Part shown: positions 56,062-64,000 of the stretch, one piece after another
Layout: every line of letters starts with the position of its first letter
How positions within the stretch are numbered: the first letter of the stretch is position 1
From: Oligoflexia bacterium
Lineage (GTDB): Bacteria > Bdellovibrionota > Bdellovibrionia > JABDDW01
Length of the DNA stretch: 64,000 nt
Direction: 5' to 3'
Assembly (NCBI GenBank): GCA_043732305.1
Contig: JAYTHU010000075.1
Location: forward strand, 12,849-76,848
Position numbers and translations under genes: made by a program
The notes under the pieces: model-generated
Databases searched by the model: none
What the model saw: only the letters and a program-made list of their open reading frames with translations
Told to the model about the DNA's origin: nothing

Positions 56062-57168
56062 CTAACGGCTCAAAACTTCAAAAACGCGGTTGGGATTGAC
56101 CTTCGCCTGATCGACCTCAACAACTTCAAATCCCATGCGGGTGATCTCGAGATGGCTAGCGGTTTCAACAGCCACTCGCCAGTCACCACCCTGAAAATTA
56201 TTTTTGATAGCATAACCGCGAAAGCCTTCTTTTCGTCCACCGGTGACTTTGATTGGAATGCGATCTTGGACTTCCCAGTTTCGCTTGTTGTTTTTCCGCG
56301 ACCAGATCAAGAACACATCTCCTGAAATTCGGGCTGGCGAATAAATTTGAATATAATAATAAAGCTTGTCACTGGGTTCTGCCAAAAAGTGATTGTCATC
56401 TCGTTGCCAGAACTTCCACCACACTTTTTCGAATGAAAGGTTGTAGCTTCCGTTTTTCTTTTCAATCAAATGATAGATACCTTGTTGTTTTGCACTGAGT
56501 GGAACCGGTGGAATCCACCCCATGAAATAAAATAATGCAAAAACGATCAACACAGAAATACCAGGGCCAAACTGTGCCTGAAATAATATTTTCTCGTTCG
56601 GAAGTTTGGTTTTGAGCCATCGAAATTGGAGATAAAAAATTGCGAGTGTCGTGACCAGTGAAAGCCCGAAAGGCGTCCACCCGATGTAACCCAGAAGCAA
56701 TGGATAGAGAATAGAGATATAGGAAAAAAGGCAAATTGCAAAAAGACCAGTCTTGAAACTGACTTTTGATTTTTTTATTCGTGGATGTTCATTCGCAAGA
56801 ATCATTGCGATCATTAGAGCGAGAAAAACAAGACTACTCACAAACGAAGCACTCTTGATGTAAAACAGTGAATAGATATTGAGCAAAGTTCCCAATAAAA
56901 AATGAGAGAGAAGATTTCTAAAATCCCAAATGGGCGAAAGCTTTGGGGTAGGTCGCCATTTCATCATTCGGTAGAGAATTTCATAATGAATAAGAGCGGC
57001 TATAATAAGGAGATAAACGGCCTGCTGAATGAGCGCAAATAGGTCATCTACTTCGGAAACTAAGAAAGCATCGAAAGCAAAACCACCAACGAAAAATAAA
57101 ACTTCCAGCTTAGCTTCATGCTTATGCTGGAAGTTACGAATTTTAGTTTTCCATTCCCCGAACATCAT
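56062..57168 (-). CDS. DUF2914-domain membrane protein
   Basis: Multi-TM N-terminus, IPPVPL, GGRKEGFRGY...GDWRVAVET. Confidence 0.8.
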   Translation of the reverse strand: MMFGEWKTKIRNFQHKHEAKLEVLFFVGGFAFDAFLVSEVDDLFALIQQAVYLLIIAALIHYEILYRMMKWRPTPKLSPIWDFRNLLSHFLLGTLLNIYSLFYIKSASFVSSLVFLALMIAMILANEHPRIKKSKVSFKTGLFAICLFSYISILYPLLLGYIGWTPFGLSLVTTLAIFYLQFRWLKTKLPNEKILFQAQFGPGISVLIVFALFYFMGWIPPVPLSAKQQGIYHLIEKKNGSYNLSFEKVWWKFWQRDDNHFLAEPSDKLYYYIQIYSPARISGDVFLIWSRKNNKRNWEVQDRIPIKVTGGRKEGFRGYAIKNNFQGGDWRVAVETASHLEITRMGFEVVEVDQAKVNPNRVFEVLSR

Positions 57169-57193
57169 GTCCCCTCAAAAAATCAGATAAAAA

Positions 57194-57574
57194 CTATTCT
57201 TTTTTCTCATCTTCAGGAATAGCCATGTTGTTCACAGGAGCTGCACCATTGCCAGCTTTGTTCTTATGAAGATCGGCACAGGCCACCAGATTTTTCTTTG
57301 TTTGATCATCAATCTTAACTCCAACAACATCTTTGCCTTCGCTTAAAGGCATCATGCAATCTTTGATCAAACCTTTGTTCGCGCTATGTCCTTTGAGTAC
57401 AAAACCATTGCTAGTGCAGGCAGTTTTTGCGGCTTCACGTGCTTGCTGGCAAAGAACTTTGTTCTTGGGAGATCCTGCAATAGTGGGATCAACTAAACCA
57501 GTTTCGGCAAAAGCCAGACCAGAGAGAAAAAAAGTAGATACAAAAAGAGACATGGCGATAAAAACAACTTTCAT
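57194..57574 (-). CDS. Small secreted 4-Cys protein
   Basis: AAGGAGG RBS, signal peptide AFA. Confidence 0.75.
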   Translation of the reverse strand: MKVVFIAMSLFVSTFFLSGLAFAETGLVDPTIAGSPKNKVLCQQAREAAKTACTSNGFVLKGHSANKGLIKDCMMPLSEGKDVVGVKIDDQTKKNLVACADLHKNKAGNGAAPVNNMAIPEDEKKE

Positions 57575-57639
57575 AAATTCCTCCTTCAAGGGTTTAAATA
57601 CAAATTATTGCAAGCCTATGCCAAAAATAAGGCACAGCG

Positions 57640-58656
57640 TTATTTTCTTAAATCTTCTATATATTTTTTAAGTTCTTGCGGGGTTGCAGACACACAACCT
57701 ACTTTTCCGACCACTACGCCCGCGGCGTAATTTGATAAAATACAGGCATCTCCGAGAGTTAAACCTGCAGTCATGGCGAGAGTGAACGTGGCAATAACCG
57801 TGTCTCCTGCACCGGTCACATCAAAGACTGTGCGGGCAAAAGTTGGAATGTGCTCGACTTTCAAAGGAGCGTTCGTTTTTTCCCGAGTAAAAATGCTCAT
57901 TCCATCTTTTCCCCGAGTGATGATCACGGCTTTTGCCGCAAGCTTTTGGAGCAATTCATCGCCCACTTCTTCAAAACTATCAGAAGGTGATCTGAGATCA
58001 TCAAATTTCAGACTCGAAAGTGCCAGAGCCTCATCCGTGTTGGGAGTGAGAAAATCAACGCCTTTGTAATGGTCAACAGGAGTAGATGAGTTTGGATCAA
58101 GCGTGACGAGTTTTCCATTTTTATGAGCAAGCGTGATAATTTTCTGAATCAGTTTCTCGTCCAGCACTCCCTTGGCGTAATCTTCTAAAATCACTGCATC
58201 ACACAGGGAAATCACTGACTCAACTTGCATGAATAATTTTTCTTGAACATCTGGGCTTAGAAATTTTTTGCGCTCAAAATCAACGCGCACTACATGATGT
58301 TGCCCCGCCATTATTCGAAGTTTGCGAGTGGTGGGCCTTGTTTCATCAACGATCAAAAATTTATCTGTACAGTGATTTTGTTTTAAAATCATACGAAATT
58401 GTTCGGCAGTGGCATCTGCTCCAACCACACCGACTAGCCACGCTTCCCCACCGAGTGACGCGACATTTGCGGCGACATTACTGGAAAGTCCGAGTCTTTT
58501 ATCTTCACTCAAAACTTCAACCACCGGGACTGGAGCTTCCGGACTGATCCGCTTGACTGCACCAATCACGTACTCGTCGAGTCCGACATCTCCGATGATG
58601 AGAATCTTTTTATTTTTTAATAAATCAACATTTTTGAGAGCGCTATCGGTCTTCAT
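57640..58656 (-). CDS. rfaE1: D-glycero-beta-D-manno-heptose-7-phosphate kinase
   Basis: RISPEAPVPV, DYAKG, DVTGAGDT. Confidence 0.93.
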   Translation of the reverse strand: MKTDSALKNVDLLKNKKILIIGDVGLDEYVIGAVKRISPEAPVPVVEVLSEDKRLGLSSNVAANVASLGGEAWLVGVVGADATAEQFRMILKQNHCTDKFLIVDETRPTTRKLRIMAGQHHVVRVDFERKKFLSPDVQEKLFMQVESVISLCDAVILEDYAKGVLDEKLIQKIITLAHKNGKLVTLDPNSSTPVDHYKGVDFLTPNTDEALALSSLKFDDLRSPSDSFEEVGDELLQKLAAKAVIITRGKDGMSIFTREKTNAPLKVEHIPTFARTVFDVTGAGDTVIATFTLAMTAGLTLGDACILSNYAAGVVVGKVGCVSATPQELKKYIEDLRK

Positions 58657-58660
58657 TTTT

Positions 58661-59680
58661 CTATCCAAGCACTGCTTGTGTCACTCTGTCCACTGTGATT
58701 TTTTCCATTTCGGTGGGACTAGATTCGGGAGGAGTGAGCGTTTGTACCTTCAAACCCTGAGGTGCCCACCGGCGTGGCGACTCCACCCTAACCAAGCTAT
58801 AAATACCAATGGTTTTTTTTCCAAGTGCGGCTGCTAAATGAATGACTCCAGTGCTGGGAGCAACTACTGCTTTTGAAAGTGCGAGCACTGCCAAAAGATC
58901 AGCAGAAGGAGTTCGCTCGGTCACGTCCAAAACCCCGCGGACGTTTAAAATCCCAGAATTCTCCACGATTTTTCTATCGGATACAGTCCCGGTCACCACC
59001 ACTCGCTCGCCCGCTTGAATTAATTTTTCAGCCAATAATTTATAATTTTCTAACTTCCAATTGAGCGCACTTCCGGCCATCCCCGGATGAATCACAATGA
59101 AATCTTCGCCGATCTTTGCGCGCCATTCGTGCATCTTCAATTCGTTCGCTAAAAGTTGCAGTGGATTCAAGGAAATCTCAGGGTTTGTTTTTTCTCCTGT
59201 TTTTATAGCGTTCGCCTCTTGAACGAGATCCAAATTATATAGAGCTTCGTTCTTTACCGCCTGACTACGTTTTTGCCTCACGGGATAATTATAAAACAAA
59301 AATGAAAACCACTTGGAGGCGACTCCTACTCGAACCGGAATTCTCGCTCTCCAAAGACAAAACGCAACCCACCATGGGATTTGGACCGAGATAGCCACGT
59401 CAAAATTTTCCTGATCAAGCCAGCGGGAAAGCTTTCTCATGACAGTAATTAAATTTAAGAAACTTTGCTTCGGATTGGTAAAAAAACAGTTTTTTCTGTT
59501 TCGATTAGAAAATAACGACGGGGCATGTTCAAAAACAAATTTGAGATTTTGATTGGCTAGCCATAGCACTTCGGCGTCTGGGTTACCCTGCAACCAAGCG
59601 TCTTCCATGGGCAAAGACAGGATCAAATCACCGATTCGATCAGTGCGGGCGATGAGTACTTTGGTATTTTTGGTTTTCAT
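58661..59680 (-). CDS. Glycosyltransferase family 9 (heptosyltransferase-like)
   Basis: RTDRIGD.ILS.P, IHPG, STG..HLAAALG. Confidence 0.9.
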   Translation of the reverse strand: MKTKNTKVLIARTDRIGDLILSLPMEDAWLQGNPDAEVLWLANQNLKFVFEHAPSLFSNRNRKNCFFTNPKQSFLNLITVMRKLSRWLDQENFDVAISVQIPWWVAFCLWRARIPVRVGVASKWFSFLFYNYPVRQKRSQAVKNEALYNLDLVQEANAIKTGEKTNPEISLNPLQLLANELKMHEWRAKIGEDFIVIHPGMAGSALNWKLENYKLLAEKLIQAGERVVVTGTVSDRKIVENSGILNVRGVLDVTERTPSADLLAVLALSKAVVAPSTGVIHLAAALGKKTIGIYSLVRVESPRRWAPQGLKVQTLTPPESSPTEMEKITVDRVTQAVLG

Positions 59681-59814
59681 TCACTTGATTGTGACAAATT
59701 AAGACGGAGTATGCAACGCGTTAGTCAGAAAAAACTTGCTTTCATCTCTGGGCTTTTACAAACTGCGTACGTTGCAACTTGAAACTGAGAAATCCTATTA
59801 AAGAGGTTAATAAA

Positions 59815-61077
59815 ATGGACACACTGGTCGAAGGACATTTGTACAAAGACACTCTCATGCTTCTGAATGAAACCGCAGAAATCATGCGACTAGATCCAAA
59901 CATTCACGAACGTTTGAAAAAGCCGAAACGCGCTATCATGGTTTCCGTTCCGGTAAGAATGGACGACAACACGGTTAAAGTTTTTAACGGTTATCGAGTG
60001 CAACATTCGTCTACCTTAGGACCTTGCAAAGGCGGAATTCGCTATCACGAAGGTGTGACACTCAGTGAAGTTTCAGCATTGGCCATGCTCATGACATTTA
60101 AATGCGCCCTTGCAGGACTTCCTCTCGGTGGTGCAAAAGGCGGCGTTAAAGTTAACGCTTCCAAATTATCCAGGTCAGAAAAACAAAGACTCACTCGTCG
60201 ATACACCAGCGAAATTTCAATGTTCATTGGGCCGGAAAAAGATATTCCAGCTCCTGACGTTGGAACAGATGCTCAAACCATGGCGTGGATCATGGACACA
60301 TACTCTCAGGAAGTTGGCTATGCCGTTCCTGGTGTGGTGACTGGGAAACCAATTGAAATTGGCGGCAGTCTTGGACGAAGCACCTCTACCGGTCGCGGAG
60401 TTATTTACTGCGTGGAAGAAGCTTGTAACGCTCTTGGAATCAAACAAGACAAGAATGTAAAAGTGGCTGTTCAAGGATTCGGCGAAGTCGGAGCAGCAGC
60501 GGCTATTTGCGCTGAAGAATTAGGATTGTCAGTAGTTGCCGTGAGCGATGTCAACGGAGCTATTTATAATGAGGGTGGATTAGATATTCACGCACTCAAA
60601 GAATATTACACCAAAAATAAAACTCTCAAGGGCTACAAAGAAGGTCAAGAAATGGCCAACAGTGATTTGCTGAGCGTGAAATGCGACATTTTGGTTCCAG
60701 CAGCTCTCGATGGAGTTATTCATTCAAAAAATGCTGACACTATTAAAGCGCGCATCATCGCTGAAGGCGCAAATGGTCCTGTGACCCACGATGGTCATCA
60801 ACATTTGATCGATAAAGGCATCTTTGTTATTCCCGATATTTTGGCAAATGCTGGCGGCGTTATCGTCAGTTATTTCGAATGGGTTCAGGATTTACAAAAC
60901 TTCTTCTGGAGCGAAACCGAAATCAATAATCGCCTTCGCGCCATGATGAACACTAATTTTAAAGTGGTTTTGGAAATGTCAAAAAAACAAAAAATCGACA
61001 CTCGAAAAGCAGCAATGGCTTCCGCGGTTCACCGCGTGAGTGCAGCGATGCTTTTGCGTGGTCTCTACCCGCAATAA
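59815..61077 (+). CDS. gdhA: Glutamate dehydrogenase (Glu/Leu/Phe/Val family)
   Basis: GPCKGGIRY, GGAKGG, PAPDV, EGANGP, NAGGV.VSYFEW. Confidence 0.93.
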   Translation: MDTLVEGHLYKDTLMLLNETAEIMRLDPNIHERLKKPKRAIMVSVPVRMDDNTVKVFNGYRVQHSSTLGPCKGGIRYHEGVTLSEVSALAMLMTFKCALAGLPLGGAKGGVKVNASKLSRSEKQRLTRRYTSEISMFIGPEKDIPAPDVGTDAQTMAWIMDTYSQEVGYAVPGVVTGKPIEIGGSLGRSTSTGRGVIYCVEEACNALGIKQDKNVKVAVQGFGEVGAAAAICAEELGLSVVAVSDVNGAIYNEGGLDIHALKEYYTKNKTLKGYKEGQEMANSDLLSVKCDILVPAALDGVIHSKNADTIKARIIAEGANGPVTHDGHQHLIDKGIFVIPDILANAGGVIVSYFEWVQDLQNFFWSETEINNRLRAMMNTNFKVVLEMSKKQKIDTRKAAMASAVHRVSAAMLLRGLYPQ

Positions 61078-61087
61078 ATAAAAACGG

Positions 61088-61121
61088 GCCTGTCACATTT
61101 CAATGTGCCAGGCTTTTTTTT
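61088..61121 (+). terminator. Intrinsic terminator of gdh
   Basis: GCCTGtCACATT-tc-AATGTGcCAGGC followed by T8. Confidence 0.8.
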
Positions 61122-61143
61122 GGCCAGCGTATGAATCTTTATC

Positions 61144-61219
61144 GCGGTAGTAGCTCAGTTGGTAGAGCGACAGCTTCCCAAGCTGTAGGTCACGGGTTCG
61201 AGACCCGTCTGCCGCTCCA
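61144..61219 (+). tRNA. tRNA-Gly (CCC)
   Basis: 76-nt cloverleaf, acceptor GCGGTAG/CTGCCGC, anticodon CCC at 61177-61179, GTTCGAG T-loop, encoded CCA. Confidence 0.97.
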
Positions 61220-61575
61220 ATTTAGAACTCCCTTATTTTTATTCTCCTAGCTCATATTTTTGCCCTTACGCTCATTCGTTTGCTGGAATTCTTAATTCTT
61301 TTTTTGCCTTAAGTTTAGCAATTTTTTGCCAGCCGCACCAAATTTATAGAAGAATTTAGCGACTCAGTTATTCCGTGCCTCAAAGACGAAGTGTCTTTAT
61401 CTCGGCGCTAACTCATTCCCATGCTTAGGAGGCGTAGGGAGATTCGACACAAATCGGGCCGTTTCCTCAGATAACGCCAATAGCGTCACTGATGAGTTAG
61501 ATTCCATCAAGATTGCCCTTAACGCCTGTTTCTTAAAAACTTGCGTTATTTTGATTAGATATGGCATAGTATGGG

Positions 61576-61590
61576 TAAGTATGGTACTTA
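61576..61590. promoter_or_regulatory. Palindromic operator upstream of brnTA
   Basis: TAAGTA-tgg-TACTTA just upstream of the brnT ATG. Confidence 0.5.
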
Positions 61591-61597
61591 ACTGCGT

Positions 61598-61873
61598 ATG
61601 GATTTTGAATAGGATGAAACCAAGAACACTGCTAACCAGAAGAAACACGGCTTTGACTTTCTTGAGGCTACAGAATGTTTTTTTGATCCCCACGGCGTTG
61701 AACTTATTGATTATAAACATTCCCACATTGAAAGACGTTACTTTTGGGTGGGAAAGTCTAAAAAAGGACGAATTTTAACCGTCTGGTACACAAAGCGAGG
61801 CGGCGCTATCCGAATCATTGGCGTGGCCCAATGGCGAAAGATGAGGAAAACTTATGAAACAACCAAACTATAA
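61598..61873 (+). pseudogene. brnT: BrnT-family toxin with amber stop at codon 5
   Basis: MDFE*DETKNTANQKKHGFDF.EA..CFFDP...HS..ERRY...G...GRILTV.YT.RG..IRII; TAG at 61610-61612 where Trp is conserved. Confidence 0.85.
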
Positions 61874-62132
61874 AAATCTGAAGATCAATAAGGCTGGGAC
61901 CGTTGCAATGAGAGAGAAGGCTACTCAAGCTAAATCCATTAAAATTACTATTAACGTGGACCAGGATAGCCTAACAAGGCTTAAAAAGATGTCAGCGACC
62001 TCAGGCACCCCTTACCAGCGTTTATTGAATCAGATCCTTAAAGCAGGTTTAGGCCGCGAGACTAATTTGGAATCAAGAATCAACCATCTTGAAAACGAAA
62101 TAAAAAAGCTGAAAGGGAAACTTTCAGCTTAG
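61854..62132 (+). CDS. brnA: BrnA/CopG-like antitoxin
   Basis: KITINVD...LK......GTPYQRLLNQIL; overlaps brnT. Confidence 0.8.
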   Translation: MKQPNYKNLKINKAGTVAMREKATQAKSIKITINVDQDSLTRLKKMSATSGTPYQRLLNQILKAGLGRETNLESRINHLENEIKKLKGKLSA

Positions 62133-62199
62133 ACGTTTGTGTATAAAGGCAACGGGGGTTAGCCCGTAGCCCTCAAATCAAATGTATTATAATTACTTT

Positions 62200-62652
62200 T
62201 TACTGAAGCTTATCACCAATAAAGGAGTACCTACTAACAACACGGTTCTGGTTAGTATCAGTAACCTGGATGTTTGCGTGTGTTGAATCAGCCATCGACT
62301 GTCGAACGATAACTTTGGCCCGAATTATCTTTGAAGTTCCTGTACAGCTTAATACACCTGAAACTTTTGCTGTTCTTCCATCCACGACACCAATTTCACG
62401 ACCCAATTGTTTTCCAAAACTACCTTCTGGAGTGATCTCAATCTTCATGTTGCCAAGCTGGCTACAGCTCTGATCTTCAAATATTTTTATCATATCTGAA
62501 ATCCCATCAACAATTCCTTCGTGAAAAGCTGAATTGCCAGTGGCTTCCACCCGCATCTCATAAGAGCTTTGGAATTGGTTATTTACTTGAGCAAAAGCTG
62601 CGGTAGACATTATCGCTAACATCACAACGCTTGCTAATTTAGCCTTAAACAT
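62200..62652 (-). CDS. Secreted hypothetical protein (islet cargo)
   Basis: AAGGAG RBS, signal peptide AFA, 2 Cys. Confidence 0.75.
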   Translation of the reverse strand: MFKAKLASVVMLAIMSTAAFAQVNNQFQSSYEMRVEATGNSAFHEGIVDGISDMIKIFEDQSCSQLGNMKIEITPEGSFGKQLGREIGVVDGRTAKVSGVLSCTGTSKIIRAKVIVRQSMADSTHANIQVTDTNQNRVVSRYSFIGDKLQ

Positions 62653-62992
62653 TGGTTCTCTCCTTTTAAAAATAAGTTTTCAGTCTCTCTGTTACATTAT
62701 TCCTAAAATGCAATCCTTATTCTCGTAGAAACCACGTATATTTGATCTGATGAGATTGTATTTACTCATATTCCACTTTTTGGCACTTGCCTGTCACAAA
62801 TGTGTGCGATTGACAATTTTGGGACTTCTCAAAAATTTCTCTTTTTAGAATCAGATACCTTCATCGGATTAAAAATCGCGATGATATAAAGAGAATGTAG
62901 GAAATCTCAGCCAATGTGTTCACCCATCACTCACAGCAAGCCAATATTCCACTTACCAACAAGTTTTGAACTAAACCAAATTGGTAAATACA

Positions 62993-63043
62993 AGCTTCCC
63001 AAGCTGTAGGTCACGGGTTCGAGACCCGTCTGCCGCTCCAATT
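62993..63043 (+). repeat. Duplicated 3' part of tRNA-Gly (att site)
   Basis: AGCTTCCCAAGCTGTAGGTCACGGGTTCGAGACCCGTCTGCCGCTCCAATT. Confidence 0.92.
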
Positions 63044-63046
63044 ATT

Positions 63047-63478
63047 TTACTTGTAACCCATCAGCCCTTGATTAAGCAGTATCCAAAACCAAAACGCAGA
63101 TCGAACAGTCCAAAGTATTGTTCGAAGCCAATTGCTCCCGATAAGCCGATTTATTTCTGCGATTGAATTCTTCTCTAGATGACGATGAATCGGGACACTC
63201 ACAAAAAAAGTTACAATCCAAATGACCAAAATCGAAATAAGATTCCAAAAATAGGGAACGCTACTTTGAATTACAAATAGCCAAATACCGGTGGCTAATT
63301 CGACCCCCATTGCGGGAACGACGATCCAAGTGATGCGCTTTGTATGAAAACGATGATAACTTTGAAAAAGACTAGGGTCGATCAAGCGAAAATTCGGATA
63401 AACCAGTATCTGAACCAGCCAAATAACGCCAGTCATGAAACAACATGAAAATATTTGGAGCAACAGGATCATATTCAC
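63047..63478 (-). CDS. 4-TM membrane protein (DUF1772-like)
   Basis: GVIW.VQ...YP, four hydrophobic helices, N..RT..W. Confidence 0.7.
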   Translation of the reverse strand: MNMILLLQIFSCCFMTGVIWLVQILVYPNFRLIDPSLFQSYHRFHTKRITWIVVPAMGVELATGIWLFVIQSSVPYFWNLISILVIWIVTFFVSVPIHRHLEKNSIAEINRLIGSNWLRTILWTVRSAFWFWILLNQGLMGYK

Positions 63479-63981
63479 AAATTGATATCCATGGGAAATT
63501 TGAGCAAATCTTCCTGCCCGATCAGGATTTCCAACATTAAGCTTGCTGTTGAAATCATCTCACCCAGGGCTTTAAGCTTTTGTTCGTCTATTGCAGAATT
63601 TTTATTTTTAGCTAAATCTACAGATGAAAAATCTTTGGTGATTTGTTGAAGCATTTTAGCTTCGCGATTTTTTAGAACATTGCGAATGACTTCATTAATA
63701 TTTTCCGATGAAGCATAAAGTTTTGTTTTTCCATTTGGCGAAGGAACCTCATAAAGAAGCTGATGCTTGCACAACTCTTCCAGGGCTGGACTGATCAGTG
63801 CCTTTGATAAACCCAATCGCTGAGTCAAGTCTGTGCAGCTGACTGGAACTGTGGAGAGATACACCTGAGTCCAAATCGCCCCATGAACCCGGCGAAACCC
63901 CCAATATCGGATGAAATCGCCAATAGACAAAGATAGCTTGCGTAAGGGCGGGCTTTTAACTTTACTTTTCATATTGTTCAT
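63475..63981 (-). CDS. GbsR/MarR-family transcriptional regulator
   Basis: YWGF.RVHGAIW...LS..P....L...LGLSKALIS..L.EL. Confidence 0.8.
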   Translation of the reverse strand: MNNMKSKVKSPPLRKLSLSIGDFIRYWGFRRVHGAIWTQVYLSTVPVSCTDLTQRLGLSKALISPALEELCKHQLLYEVPSPNGKTKLYASSENINEVIRNVLKNREAKMLQQITKDFSSVDLAKNKNSAIDEQKLKALGEMISTASLMLEILIGQEDLLKFPMDINL

Positions 63982-64000
63982 AGTAGTATGAACAATATGG

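Larger units (their letters stand above)
61172..63043. mobile_element. tRNA-Gly-integrated genomic islet (attL/attR 51-bp direct repeat, no integrase)
   Basis: 61172-61222 is identical to 62993-63043. Confidence 0.85.

Noticed and set aside
57610..57623. sigma54 promoter TGGCATAGGCTTGC
   Set aside because: GG-to-GC spacing is 9 rather than the required 10; the same applies to the motif near 26304
61397..61778. ORFs 61397-61726(-) and 61551-61778(+)
   Set aside because: Shadow frames of the interrupted brnT
62993..63040. Second tRNA-Gly gene
   Set aside because: Lacks the 5' acceptor strand and D-arm; it is an att duplication

Overview
Mostly minus-strand chromosomal segment whose gene content points to a Bdellovibrionota (Bdellovibrio-like) bacterium; the taxon is inferred. 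Core content: a glt gliding-motility operon coupled to engB-kdsB-pyrG-kdsD-kdsC, an FHA sigma54 activator, fliL, polA, csp, ftsB, eno, a histidine kinase, cpaF, phoH, a PilZ protein, a TonB-like protein, an ECF sigma cluster, two diguanylate cyclases, pgi, rlmN, an RND efflux cassette, heptose LPS genes, gdh and tRNA-Gly(CCC). Features missed by the ORF track: (i) a ~40-bp REP-like palindrome family (an inverted pair at 8.3-8.4 kb and a single copy at 20.3 kb) plus a RAYT-like HUH transposase, with strongly C-biased synonymous codons in gene ends next to them; (ii) a decayed four-helix-bundle gene with heptamer repeats; (iii) a 1.8-kb integrase-less islet at tRNA-Gly bounded by a 51-bp direct repeat, carrying brnT with an amber stop; (iv) several other gene remnants; (v) candidate sigma54, sigma28 and ECF promoters. 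No CRISPR array, rRNA or reverse transcriptase was seen. All family calls are by motif recognition, not database search.
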